From an uncultured delta proteobacterium (GTDB taxonomy: Bacteria; Desulfobacterota; Binatia; Binatales; Binataceae): a stretch of DNA of 64,000 nt. Below are positions 27,842 through 37,375 of this stretch, piece after piece (position 1 is the stretch's first letter; each line of letters starts with the position of its first letter). Made by a program: the position numbers and the translations under genes. The notes below the pieces were generated by a model, which was given only the letters and a program-made list of their open reading frames with translations, searched no databases and was not told the DNA's origin. Location of the stretch: contig CAVQEQ010000003.1 in assembly GCA_963711565.1 (NCBI GenBank), positions 1,088,001 to 1,152,000 on the forward strand. Direction: 5' to 3'.

Positions 27842-28384
27842 ATGCAGATGACTCACCACCGCTTGCGCGGCGAAATCGCAATCCTGACGTTGGCCGTGGC
27901 GCTGGCGATTTCGGCTTCCGCGGCGCCGGAAAGCAAAACTTACTATCTGCCTGACGCCGCCGCCTCGCGCGTGGTCACGGTGACGAAATCAGGACCCGCG
28001 CAAGCCGCGATCACGATACTCACGCAGGCCGTGGCAGAGAAAGAAGAGGACGAGGGCGGCAGAATTCCGGTATGTCAAATCTACGCCTTCAACCCATCGA
28101 TGATCGTGGTTCGCCGCGACGAACCCACGATGATAAGTTTTCGTAACTACCAGGCCGACGACGAGCACGATTTTATGCTGGTTGCGCCGGATTCGACCGT
28201 GCTGATGTTCGAGCCGTTGCCGGTGCTGACCGAAATCTCCTACGTCTTCACCTTCCATCAGGAGGGCTTGTTCACCTTCTATTGCACGATCCATCAGCCT
28301 GAGATGACCGGTCAAATCCTGGTAGTGCCGCCGCTGCCGCATCCCGGCTCCAAGAGCCATCGCGGCGCAATTGCTCCTGATTGA
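27842..28384 (+). CDS. Exported cupredoxin-domain protein
   Basis: Signal peptide; type-1 Cu ligands EHDF...YCTIHQPEM. Confidence 0.8.
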   Translation: MQMTHHRLRGEIAILTLAVALAISASAAPESKTYYLPDAAASRVVTVTKSGPAQAAITILTQAVAEKEEDEGGRIPVCQIYAFNPSMIVVRRDEPTMISFRNYQADDEHDFMLVAPDSTVLMFEPLPVLTEISYVFTFHQEGLFTFYCTIHQPEMTGQILVVPPLPHPGSKSHRGAIAPD

Positions 28385-28395
28385 GGGAGAAATCC

Positions 28396-28944
28396 ATGCG
28401 AAGCTGTCGATGTCTCGCGCTTGCGGCTGTTTTGATCGTCGCTACGGCGGTTAGCCTCGAGGCGCAGGTGCGATTGCCGAATTGCCAGGTGCGGGGAGAC
28501 CAGCTCGAAGAGGATATGTGGGAAAATCTCTGGAAGCAGAATTGGGACGGCGCCGCCAAACTGATCGCGCCGGGTTTTCAATCGATCCGCGACAACAAGA
28601 TTCGGGATCGCGATGGCGAGCTTGCCTTCATCAAGACACAGTCCTTCAAGCTTCATTTCCCGCACAACTACCAGACGACGTATAGCGGCGACGCCGTAAT
28701 CGTCAGCTACAAAATCGGCCACTACGCCGATGCGCCCGGCGGCAAGGGCAAAAAAATCAGGGTCGATGTGGAAGCATTGAGCGTATGGCGGCATACCCCC
28801 CGCGGCTGGCAATGGGTAGCACACGTTGAAACCGCCGGCGCTCCGCCTGCCCAGTCCGCCAAACCCGACAATTCTGCGCCGAGGGCTTCGCGCGGCACAG
28901 TTGAGCGTTGGGACACTGGCTTGGCTGATGCTGAAGCGAAGTAA
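28396..28944 (+). CDS. Exported NTF2-like (DUF4440-like) protein
   Basis: Signal peptide; LSVWRHTPRGWQWVAH. Confidence 0.7.
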   Translation: MRSCRCLALAAVLIVATAVSLEAQVRLPNCQVRGDQLEEDMWENLWKQNWDGAAKLIAPGFQSIRDNKIRDRDGELAFIKTQSFKLHFPHNYQTTYSGDAVIVSYKIGHYADAPGGKGKKIRVDVEALSVWRHTPRGWQWVAHVETAGAPPAQSAKPDNSAPRASRGTVERWDTGLADAEAK

Positions 28945-29011
28945 CAACGGCTGTTCACTCCAACAGCGATCCCACTATAGAATCGAGTAAATTGAACGAG
29001 AGAATCGAATA

Positions 29012-30019
29012 ATGGCTAATGGACAAAGAATCGCGGTGGCTGGTGCGACGGGCGCCGTCGGCCAGACCACACTGAAAATCCTCGAGCAGCGCAAGTTCCC
29101 GGTGCGCGAGCTGCGCGCGTTGGCGTCAGCGCGCTCGGCCGGCAAGACCGTCACCTTCGCCGGCGAGTCGATAAAGGTTGAGGTGCTCGACGCCAACTCG
29201 TTCAAGGGAATCGATATTGCGCTGTTCTCGGCCGGCTCGGATCAATCTCGCGAGTTCGCGCCGATTGCGGTAAAAGCCGGCGCTGTCGTCATCGACAAGT
29301 CGAGCGCATTTCGGATGGACCCCGAGGTGCCGCTGGTGGTGCCTGAAATCAACGGCGCCGCAGCGCGCAATCACAAGGGTATCGTCGCATGCCCCAACTG
29401 CACGACGATCGTCACGGTGATGCCGCTGAAACCGCTCCACGACCTTGGGCGTTTGCGGCGCGTGGTCGCGACCAGTTTCCAGGCGGTATCAGGCGCGGGC
29501 GTCAACGGTATCGCGGAGCTGCGCGAGCAGACGATGGCGTGGTCGAAGGGCGAGGCAATCAAGTCGAAATTTTTCGCGCATCAGATTGCGTTCAACCTGA
29601 TCCCGGCCGGCAAATTTGTCGAGGGCGGCTACACCGACGAGGAAATCAAGCTGGTCAACGAGATCAGGAAAATTCTCGACCAGCCCGAATTGCTGATTTC
29701 CCCGACCACCGTGCGGGTGCCGGTCTTCACCACCCATTCGATTTCCGTCAACGCCGAGACCGAGACGAAGATCGCTGAGGCCGACGCGCGCGAGGCTTTC
29801 GCGCATTTCCCGGGACTTCGGCTGCTCGACGATCCCGCGCAGAACCGCTACCCGATGCCGATCCTCGTCGAAGGACAGGACGATTGTTTCGTCGGCCGAG
29901 TCCGCGAGGATCTGAGCCGCCCCAACGCCCTGAACTTCTGGGTCGTAGGCGACCAGTTGCGTAAGGGCGCCGCGCTCAACGGCGTTCAGATCGCCGAGTT
30001 GCTAATCAGCAGCCATTAG
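29012..30019 (+). CDS. asd: Aspartate-semialdehyde dehydrogenase
   Basis: GATGAVG, SSAFRM, PNCTT, QAVSGAG, RVPV, DQLRKGAALN. Confidence 0.96.
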   Translation: MANGQRIAVAGATGAVGQTTLKILEQRKFPVRELRALASARSAGKTVTFAGESIKVEVLDANSFKGIDIALFSAGSDQSREFAPIAVKAGAVVIDKSSAFRMDPEVPLVVPEINGAAARNHKGIVACPNCTTIVTVMPLKPLHDLGRLRRVVATSFQAVSGAGVNGIAELREQTMAWSKGEAIKSKFFAHQIAFNLIPAGKFVEGGYTDEEIKLVNEIRKILDQPELLISPTTVRVPVFTTHSISVNAETETKIAEADAREAFAHFPGLRLLDDPAQNRYPMPILVEGQDDCFVGRVREDLSRPNALNFWVVGDQLRKGAALNGVQIAELLISSH

Positions 30020-31335
30020 GTACCGCAGCCACCAGGTTGTGCGCATATAAAAGTCACTATGCCGGCCGGAATCGGGCTGGTCACCACATGCGCGCCGGTG
30101 CGCGGCGCGCTCAGCATCGCCTGGATATCGATCACCGCCACGTAGCTGAAGTCCATGTTCTCTATTACTGCCAGCGCTTTTTTGGAGTTGGGGCTGACAT
30201 ATGCCGTCACCGTATGAGGATCGTTACCCTGCGACCAGGAATCCTCAGTCGGTGGGCTGGGCACGGTGAACGCCGCGTAGTCCACAAAGGACGGCGTTCC
30301 GCTGCCCGAGGTGGACGGCAGCTGAAAAACGCCTTCCAGGTTGCCGCCAAACTCACCGACAGTCACGCCAAGATGGGAACCTGGTGCGACGGCGATTCCG
30401 CAGGTGCCGGCGGCAAGATCGTCAAACTCCGGAAAGTTCACAAGCTGGCTGGCTGTGTCGGTCCACGTGCCGGGCGTCCCCGCCGTGAATGTCGCCTGGG
30501 TCAGATCGGCGATGAAGAGATTGCCCGTAAATTCATCGGTAGAGAGCGCGATGCCGGTGGTGCAATCTTCGGCCGCCGAGTCGTACGTCCCTCCCTCATC
30601 CGTGTCCCCCAAGTCATTGTTGAACAGCGCGGGCGTCGAAGTGCTGACATTGACGATTTGGTAGATCGAAGATTCATTCGGCGATAACACTAGATGGCGG
30701 ATAGGATCGATCGAAATGTTTTCGGAGGTAGTCGTTCCGGCAGGAATTGGTGATTCAAAACTGGGCGTGCCGCCGAGGTCGAGGAATTGGTAACCGCCCG
30801 GGCCACCGCTTTCCAGTCCAATCGTAAGCAATGCCCTGTTGGTCGAGGAATCGACCACTACGCCGCAGGTTTCGCATGAGCCGCCCGAGAAACTTTCATC
30901 GGCGCTCGCGGCACTGGTCAAAGTGCTGGTCAGGGTCGTGCCGTTAATGAGGTAAACATCGGTGTCGTTGCCGGCGCATACCGTCTCGCCCGTCGTGGAG
31001 TTGGAGGAGCAGGAGTTCGGGACATTCCCGGTCGTTATTGCAACAGGAGTACCGCCGGTGCCAATACCGCTGCTCGTCTCAATCGGTACAACGTTAACGG
31101 CGGCCGTTCCTCCCTCCCAGCTTCCCTGTGGAAGATAGACAGTCGCGTTCTTGCCCTGAACCAATACCCCTACGGAACTCGACGGCAAGCATGCATTCGG
31201 TGCGGCGGTTGGCGTCGCAGTTGGCTTCGACGAACTGGAACAGGATGAGCACGGGTCACATCCCGTCATCTCCAGCGACACCGATACGACCGCGACCAAT
31301 AGACAAACAACCATCCCCACCCATCGAGCTCTCAT
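30016..31335 (-). CDS. Ser/Thr/Cys-rich exported probable lipoprotein, beta-rich
   Basis: Hydrophobic leader ending MTGC, then PTATPT linker; GGAGGA RBS. Confidence 0.75.
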   Translation of the reverse strand: MRARWVGMVVCLLVAVVSVSLEMTGCDPCSSCSSSSKPTATPTAAPNACLPSSSVGVLVQGKNATVYLPQGSWEGGTAAVNVVPIETSSGIGTGGTPVAITTGNVPNSCSSNSTTGETVCAGNDTDVYLINGTTLTSTLTSAASADESFSGGSCETCGVVVDSSTNRALLTIGLESGGPGGYQFLDLGGTPSFESPIPAGTTTSENISIDPIRHLVLSPNESSIYQIVNVSTSTPALFNNDLGDTDEGGTYDSAAEDCTTGIALSTDEFTGNLFIADLTQATFTAGTPGTWTDTASQLVNFPEFDDLAAGTCGIAVAPGSHLGVTVGEFGGNLEGVFQLPSTSGSGTPSFVDYAAFTVPSPPTEDSWSQGNDPHTVTAYVSPNSKKALAVIENMDFSYVAVIDIQAMLSAPRTGAHVVTSPIPAGIVTFICAQPGGCGT

Positions 31336-31503
31336 AGTCGATCCTCCTCCGTGTTACGCCCGCAGTATCCGCGGCCACCGTGCGATAAATCGTTTCCCCA
31401 CCAAATAGCCCGCGCACGGTTGCGGCGAAGATAGACAAATGCGCGGGGAGTAGCAAGGAGTAGCAAACGGATTCGGAGGGCGGCTGACCGATTGGTCCGG
31501 CGA

Positions 31504-31533
31504 TTGACAACGTCTGCGTTCGCATATTACCCT
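31504..31533 (+). promoter_or_regulatory. Sigma70-type promoter for the riboswitch leader
   Basis: TTGACA-N18-TACCCT about 25 nt before the aptamer. Confidence 0.55.
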
Positions 31534-31555
31534 CACTCAACTGCAAACGATTGCA

Positions 31556-31673
31556 GCCTTATCGAGAGCGGCGGAGGGACATGGCCCGCTGATGCCGCAG
31601 CAACCGGCCCGTGATGGGTGCTGGTGCTAACTCCTGCAGGGGTTCTATCCGAGAATCTCCTGGAAGATAAGGC
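31556..31673 (+). promoter_or_regulatory. SAM-I (S-box) riboswitch
   Basis: P1 GCCTTATC/GATAAGGC; GAGAG-CGGCGGAGGGA-CATGGCCC-GCTGATGCCG; GCAACC; GGTGCTAACTCC; lies upstream of sulfur amino-acid genes. Confidence 0.93.
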
Positions 31674-31778
31674 GAGAGTATCCAGCCCTCGTCTTACCGT
31701 CCCCGCAGGATTTTTCACCGACTTCCTGTCAGCACTGACCGCGTTGCACTCTCGACAAAACGGGAGAAGCGCGAAGTA

Positions 31779-32486
31779 GTGGAATCGGATCGAATACTGA
31801 TCGTCGGCATCGGAGGACTTGGCGTCCCGGCCTTGTGGGCGCTCGCGCGTGCGGGCGCTCGACGGCTGACACTCGTCGATCCCGACCCGGTCGAGCTGTC
31901 GAACCTCGCGCGCCAGGTGATCTATCGCAGTCGTGACATCGGCGCGCCGAAGGTCGAAGCGGCGGCGCGGTGGCTCGGCGAGCGCTCCCCCGACATCAAC
32001 GTCGAGCGACATGCGATCGCGCTCGACGCGTCCAACGCGGCGCGTTTCGTCGCCGCCAGCAATTTTGTAATCGATGCGACCGACAATCCCCTCGCGAAAT
32101 TTCTGATCAACGACACTTGTATCGCGGCGCGGACGCCGTTCGTTTACGGCGGCGTAGTCGGGATGACGGGTCAGGCGATGACTGTGATCCCCGGCGAGAC
32201 GGCGTGCATCCGCTGCGTGTTCGAAACGCCGCCCGATGAAAGCGAAATCCAGAGTTGCCGCGAGGCGGGGATCGTCGGTCCGGTCGCGGGCGCGATCGGC
32301 GAGATGCAGGCGGGCGAGGCGATGCGCGCCGCGCGCGCGCAGAAGTTCTTGCTCTCGGGAAAAATTCTCACATACGACGCGTCCCGGTCGAGCCGGGTGC
32401 GTATTACGGCGGTTAGACCGCGCCCCGGATGCGGTTGCGGCGCATGGAAGCAGGATCATCACGAATCGCAAGCGCCGGGCAGGTAA
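31779..32486 (+). CDS. HesA/MoeB/ThiF family adenylyltransferase
   Basis: GIGGLG, SNLARQ, DATDN, CIRC, SCREAGIVG. Confidence 0.88.
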   Translation: MESDRILIVGIGGLGVPALWALARAGARRLTLVDPDPVELSNLARQVIYRSRDIGAPKVEAAARWLGERSPDINVERHAIALDASNAARFVAASNFVIDATDNPLAKFLINDTCIAARTPFVYGGVVGMTGQAMTVIPGETACIRCVFETPPDESEIQSCREAGIVGPVAGAIGEMQAGEAMRAARAQKFLLSGKILTYDASRSSRVRITAVRPRPGCGCGAWKQDHHESQAPGR

Positions 32487-32503
32487 CAGGAAACGAGGAG
32501 ACG

Positions 32504-33769
32504 ATGAGCTACATCACCAATCTGAAATGTCGCGAGTGCGGCCAGGAGTATCCCATCAGTCCGCTCCACGTCTGCGAGACGTGCTTCGGGCCGCTCGAAG
32601 TCACCTACGACTACGCGCGGATTCGTGCGGCGATCTCGCGCTCGATAATCGAGCGGCGCCCGCACAATCTGTGGCGCTATCGCGAATTGCTGCCGGTCGA
32701 TTTCAACGAGAACGACGTTGTCGGCCCCAACTCCGGCTTCACGCCGCTGTTGCATTGCAAGCGGCTCGGCGCCGAGCTCGGCCTGAAAAATCTCTACATC
32801 AAGGACGACACTGTCAATCATCCGACGTTGTCGTACAAGGACCGCGTCGTGTCGGTGTCTATCACCAAGGCGCGCGAGTTCGGCTTCACCACCGTGTCAT
32901 GTGCAAGCACCGGCAACCTGGCGACTGCGGTCGCGGCGCACGCGGCACGCGCGGGACTGCAATGCTACATCTTCATGCCCGAAGGCGTGGAGGCCGGCAA
33001 AGTAGTCGGCTCGACGATCTACGGCGCCAAGGTCATCACGATTCGCGGCAACTACGACAACGTCAACCGGCTGTGCAGCGAGATCGCAGACAAGTACGGT
33101 TGGGCCTTCGTCAATATCAACCTGCGCCCGTTCTACACCGAAGGCGCGAAGACCTTTGGCTTTGAAGTCGCGGAGCAGCTCGGCTGGCGCTTGCCGGATC
33201 ACATCGTGGTGCCGACTGCCGGCGGCACGATTCTGCCGAAGATCGCGAAGGCGTTTAAGGAGATGAAGGAAGTCGGGCTCATCAAGAGCGGCGAGTTCAA
33301 GATTCACTCCGCGCAGGCCGCCGGCTCCGCGCCTGTCATTCACGCGCTGCACAAGCATACCGACCTGATAACGCCGGTGAAGCCCGACACGATCGCGAAG
33401 TCGATCGCGATCGGAAATCCGGCCGACGGTTTCTACGTGCTCAAGGCGGTGCGCGATTCCGGCGGATGGGGCGACGTCGCCACCGACCCGGAGATAATCG
33501 ACGCGATCAAGCTGCTCGCGCGCACCGAGGGAATCTTCGCCGAGCCCGCCGGCGGCACCACGCTCGCGGTCGCGCTCAAGCTGGCCAGGCAGGGGCGCAT
33601 CAAGCCTGAGGAGACCGTGGTCGTGTCGATTACTGGCAATGGCTACAAGACGCTCGAAGCGGTCGCGAGCACGATCGAACAACCGTCGATAATCGACGCG
33701 CGGCTGAAAGACTTCGACGCTTTGTTCGATCGGCTCACAGGAAAACGCGCCGCCGACAGCGCCGCGTAA
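32504..33769 (+). CDS. thrC: Threonine-synthase-like PLP enzyme with N-terminal Zn ribbon
   Basis: CREC...CETC, LWRYRELLP, PTLSYKDR, ASTGN, EGAKT, TGNGYK. Confidence 0.88.
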   Translation: MSYITNLKCRECGQEYPISPLHVCETCFGPLEVTYDYARIRAAISRSIIERRPHNLWRYRELLPVDFNENDVVGPNSGFTPLLHCKRLGAELGLKNLYIKDDTVNHPTLSYKDRVVSVSITKAREFGFTTVSCASTGNLATAVAAHAARAGLQCYIFMPEGVEAGKVVGSTIYGAKVITIRGNYDNVNRLCSEIADKYGWAFVNINLRPFYTEGAKTFGFEVAEQLGWRLPDHIVVPTAGGTILPKIAKAFKEMKEVGLIKSGEFKIHSAQAAGSAPVIHALHKHTDLITPVKPDTIAKSIAIGNPADGFYVLKAVRDSGGWGDVATDPEIIDAIKLLARTEGIFAEPAGGTTLAVALKLARQGRIKPEETVVVSITGNGYKTLEAVASTIEQPSIIDARLKDFDALFDRLTGKRAADSAA

Positions 33770-33840
33770 CAGCGGCTGCTTGTTTGGCAGAAGCGGCGAG
33801 CATAACTGTAAGAATTCAACCAGGAGGCTAGTCCCCAATC

Positions 33841-34119
33841 ATGGCAGTACGCGTCAGAGTTCCAACCCCACTTCGCAGATTCACCGCGGGCGTCGATGAA
33901 GTCCCGGCCGACGGCGCGTCGATCAAGGCGGTTATCGAAGACCTCGAACGGCGCCATCCGGGGATGCGCGAGCGGCTGCTCGATGAGAAAGGCGACATCC
34001 GCCGCTTCGTCAACATTTATCTGAACGGCGACGACATCCGCTTCCTCGACGCGATCAACTCCAAGGTAAAGGATGGCGACGACATCTCAATCGTTCCCGC
34101 GATTGCCGGCGGACGCTGA
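33841..34119 (+). CDS. MoaD/ThiS/CysO ubiquitin-like sulfur carrier
   Basis: VRVPTPLR, RFVNIYLNGDDIR, ends PAIAGGR. Confidence 0.92.
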   Translation: MAVRVRVPTPLRRFTAGVDEVPADGASIKAVIEDLERRHPGMRERLLDEKGDIRRFVNIYLNGDDIRFLDAINSKVKDGDDISIVPAIAGGR

Positions 34120-34141
34120 CGCCTACGCGCGCGAGCGCGTC

Positions 34142-35134
34142 GTGCCGTTAGATGAGATCGTTCCGGCCGGGCGCGCTAACAGCGTGCTCGATCTGGTCGG
34201 CAATACTCCGTTGTTGGAGATCAAGCGGCTGACCGGCGGTTTGATGCCAGCGGGCGTGCGGATTTTCGCCAAGCTCGAGGGCTTCAACCCCGGCGGCTCG
34301 GTCAAGGATCGGCCGGCCAAGAAAATGCTCGAGGTGGGAATCGCCGCGGGCAAACTGAAACCGGGCAAGGTGATCCTCGACTCGACCTCCGGCAACACCG
34401 GGATCGCGTTGGCGATGCTTGGTGCGACGCTCGGCTATCCGGTCGAGCTGGTGATGCCGTCGAACGTGAGCCGCGAGCGCAAGAAGATCGTCGAAGCTTA
34501 CGGCGCGAAGATTCATTTCTCGGATCCGATGGAAGGCTCCGACGGCGCGATCGTCATGTGCCGCAAGATGATCGAGCAGAATCCGGCGCGCTACTTCAAG
34601 CCCGACCAGTACAACAACGAGGCCAACGCGCTGGCGCATTTCGAGACCACCGGCCCCGAAATCTGGCGTCAGACGCGCGGCCAAGTGACGCATTTCGCGG
34701 CCGCGATCGGCACCGGCGGCACCGTGATGGGCACCGGCAGATTTCTTAAATCGAAGAACCGCGCGATCAGAGTGATCGCAGTCGAGCCCGACGACGCGAT
34801 GCACGGGCTCGAGGGCCTCAAGCACATGGCGAGCTCGATTGTGCCGGGCATCTATCACGAAAAAGAGCTCGACGAGAAAATCCAGGTCGGCACCGAAGAG
34901 GCGTATGAGATGGTGTACGCGCTCGGGCAGACCGAGGGCATCCTGGTCGGCCAATCGTCGGGCGCTGCGATGATCGCGGCTCTCAAACTGGCGCGTACGA
35001 TTCGCGAAGGCACGATAGTCACCGTGTTCGCCGACTTCGGTGACAAATACCTCTCGACGAATTTGTGGATCGGATGGCAGGAATGGCGTCCCGAGCGCCT
35101 GCAACAAGTTATCGCCAAGTGGAAAAACAAATAA
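34142..35134 (+). CDS. cysM: Cysteine synthase B family PLP enzyme
   Basis: GNTPL, NPGGSVKDR, TSGNTG, DQYNN, GTGGT, SSG. Confidence 0.9.
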   Translation: MPLDEIVPAGRANSVLDLVGNTPLLEIKRLTGGLMPAGVRIFAKLEGFNPGGSVKDRPAKKMLEVGIAAGKLKPGKVILDSTSGNTGIALAMLGATLGYPVELVMPSNVSRERKKIVEAYGAKIHFSDPMEGSDGAIVMCRKMIEQNPARYFKPDQYNNEANALAHFETTGPEIWRQTRGQVTHFAAAIGTGGTVMGTGRFLKSKNRAIRVIAVEPDDAMHGLEGLKHMASSIVPGIYHEKELDEKIQVGTEEAYEMVYALGQTEGILVGQSSGAAMIAALKLARTIREGTIVTVFADFGDKYLSTNLWIGWQEWRPERLQQVIAKWKNK

Positions 35135-35139
35135 CGCAA

Positions 35140-35385
35140 ATGGAACGTATCCACGAACGCTACTACCTGAGCTATCCGCGCACGCTGATTAAGGAACCGA
35201 TCCTTTATCAGTTGGTGAAGAAGTTCGATCTCGTTTTCAATATCCGCGGCGCTAGCGTGTCGGAAGAGATGGGCCTGGTTGCCGTCGAGTTCGAAGGCAC
35301 CAACGATCAGATCGAACGCGCGCTGACGTGGCTGCGCAGCACCGGCGTCACCGTCGAGCCAATAGAAAAAAACGTGATCGAGTAG
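35140..35385 (+). CDS. Stand-alone NIL-domain protein
   Basis: EPILYQLVKKFDLVFNIRGA...GV.VEP. Confidence 0.85.
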   Translation: MERIHERYYLSYPRTLIKEPILYQLVKKFDLVFNIRGASVSEEMGLVAVEFEGTNDQIERALTWLRSTGVTVEPIEKNVIE

Positions 35386-35402
35386 GTCTGCGCGAGCGCG
35401 CG

Positions 35403-35975
35403 ATGACCCTAACTGACGCGCAAATCGATCGCTACAGCCGCCAGATAATCGTGCCGCATGTCGGCGGCCGCGGCCAGGAACGATTGCTCGCCGCGCGGAT
35501 ACTGCTCGCGGGCGATGCGCGCGATATCGAAGCGCCGCTTGCTTATCTGGTCGGCGCAGGAGTTGGATCGATCAGCGTCAAAGCCGCTGTAAGCATCGAA
35601 AAAATCGGCGCAATGCGCGAACTGAATCCCGACGTGATCGTAACGGATGAACTAAAAGCGCCGATCGACCTAGCGCTACTGATCGTCGGAAGTGAGGCCA
35701 CTCGAATAGTTGCGAAAGAGATCGCGAACGATCGCGGTGTGCGATCATTTGTGATAGCGCGACTCGACGCACCGGGAACAATCGCGATCATACCCGACAC
35801 GCACGGCCCGCAAATCGTCGAGGCACAGTTCGGCACGCGCTCCGAAGCCGCGGACTTTATCGCGATGCTCGCTACCGTCGAGGCATTCAAGCTGATCGCC
35901 GGCTACGCGGAAAATCCATCGCTCACTACAATCGAGTTCGACGGCTACGCGACCAGGGTCCGCGTTCATCCGTGA
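35403..35975 (+). CDS. Degenerate ThiF/MoeB-like protein
   Basis: RYSRQII...GQERL and AGVG retained; GxGxxG, SNLxRQ and CxxC absent. Confidence 0.7.
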   Translation: MTLTDAQIDRYSRQIIVPHVGGRGQERLLAARILLAGDARDIEAPLAYLVGAGVGSISVKAAVSIEKIGAMRELNPDVIVTDELKAPIDLALLIVGSEATRIVAKEIANDRGVRSFVIARLDAPGTIAIIPDTHGPQIVEAQFGTRSEAADFIAMLATVEAFKLIAGYAENPSLTTIEFDGYATRVRVHP

Positions 35976-36658
35976 TGTACAAACTCTGGATGTTCGATTT
36001 CGACAACACGATCGCGCGGCTCGAGCCCGAGGTCGATTGGGCTGGCGGACGAAAGATCCTCGAGCCATACCTGCGCTCGATAGGCGCGCCCGACGAATTG
36101 TTCACCCGAATCCCGCGCGGCAATCTCCCGCTCTATGACGCCTATCGCACACTCACCCTTCACGACTCCGACCAGCCGAATGTAACCGAAGTGCTCCAAC
36201 ATGCTTCGGCTATAATTGAGAAAATCGAATTGGCGGGAGTTGATCGCGCGCAACCGCTTGAAGGAGCAACCGAAATACTCGCAGCCCTGAAGGCGAGCGG
36301 CGCGGCAATCGCGATCGTCACATCCAACTCCTCGAAAACAGTTCAGCGATGGTTCGACCGACATGGCGGCGCATCAGTTGACGCGATCGTCGGACGCGAC
36401 ACATTGCTCGGACTCAAGCCGGCACCCGACATGGTGATTCGCGCACTCGAAACATATTCTGTCGATCGATCGGAGGCCGCATTCGTCGGCGACAGCGACG
36501 CCGACATCCGCGCCGCGCAAAGTTGCGGCGTGCGATTTTACGGTATCGCACCCACCGACACCGTGCGCGATCGATTGCTCGCGGCAGGCGCCACAGAAAT
36601 TTTCGCTTCGCCGGCCGCGCTCGCGATTCATCTGAACTTGTCCGCTCCGTCATCCTGA
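35972..36658 (+). CDS. HAD-family phosphatase (phosphoglycolate phosphatase-like)
   Basis: FDFDNT, TSN, KPAP, VGDS..D. Confidence 0.88.
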   Translation: MMYKLWMFDFDNTIARLEPEVDWAGGRKILEPYLRSIGAPDELFTRIPRGNLPLYDAYRTLTLHDSDQPNVTEVLQHASAIIEKIELAGVDRAQPLEGATEILAALKASGAAIAIVTSNSSKTVQRWFDRHGGASVDAIVGRDTLLGLKPAPDMVIRALETYSVDRSEAAFVGDSDADIRAAQSCGVRFYGIAPTDTVRDRLLAAGATEIFASPAALAIHLNLSAPSS

Positions 36659-36738
36659 CGAAGCGAGCAACGCGAGCGGCAGGAAGGATCTCGGACAGCG
36701 CCGCGTTAAGCGCCGCCCGTACCGGTTTTGACATCGCG
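36645..36738 (+). repeat. REP-like repeat family B (GTCATCC-type), copy 1; supplies the HAD stop codon
   Basis: ctccgtcatcctgacga.gcgagcaacgcgagc...ggaagga.ctcggacagc...ccggtt.tga.atcgcg; matches 52106-52197. Confidence 0.85.
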
Positions 36739-36832
36739 AAGCGATCCTTGCCGACTTGTTTCCTTCCATAAGATTAAGTAACTTGTGGAGTTCAGTAAGT
36801 AATCTATTCTTAAGGAGCATCAGTTTTAGCCG

Positions 36833-37375
36833 ATGGATCAAGGGTTTACCTTGTGGTTTACAGGCCTGTCCGGGGCCGGAAAATCAACGCTTGCGAATCT
36901 GGCCGCCGCTGAACTGCGCAAACGCGCGCATTGCGTCGAAATCCTCGACGGCGACGAAGTCCGCACCAATCTTTCCAAGGGCCTCGGGTTTTCCAAGGAG
37001 GATCGCGACATCAACATCCGGCGGATCGGCTACGTGTGCCATCTGCTGGCGCGCAACGGAGTCATCGCGATCTCGGCGGCGATTTCGCCCTACCGCGACG
37101 TGCGTGACGAAGTGCGGCGCAATCACGATCGCTTCTTCGAGGTGTACGTCCGCTGCACCATCGACAAGCTGGTCGAGCGCGACGTGAAGGGACTCTACAA
37201 AAAGGCGCTGGCCGGCGAGATCAAATCTTTCACCGGCGTGTCGGACCCCTACGAAGAACCGCTGAAACCCGAACTGATCGTCGATAGCAGCATCGAAACC
37301 GTCGATCAGAGCCTGGGCAAGTTGCTTGGCCGCCTCGAGGAGCTGAACTACATCAGCAAGGGAGCACGGCGATGA
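36833..37375 (+). CDS. cysC: Adenylyl-sulfate kinase
   Basis: [38 protein letters not shown]. Confidence 0.96.
   Translation: MDQGFTLWFTGLSGAGKSTLANLAAAELRKRAHCVEILDGDEVRTNLSKGLGFSKEDRDINIRRIGYVCHLLARNGVIAISAAISPYRDVRDEVRRNHDRFFEVYVRCTIDKLVERDVKGLYKKALAGEIKSFTGVSDPYEEPLKPELIVDSSIETVDQSLGKLLGRLEELNYISKGARR

Noticed and set aside
31779-35975. ThiF + ubiquitin-like genes as a bacterial ubiquitination defence system (Bil or CBASS type II-like)
   Set aside because: No E2 or JAB partner; the SAM riboswitch, PLP synthases and cysC-sat point to sulfur amino-acid metabolism.
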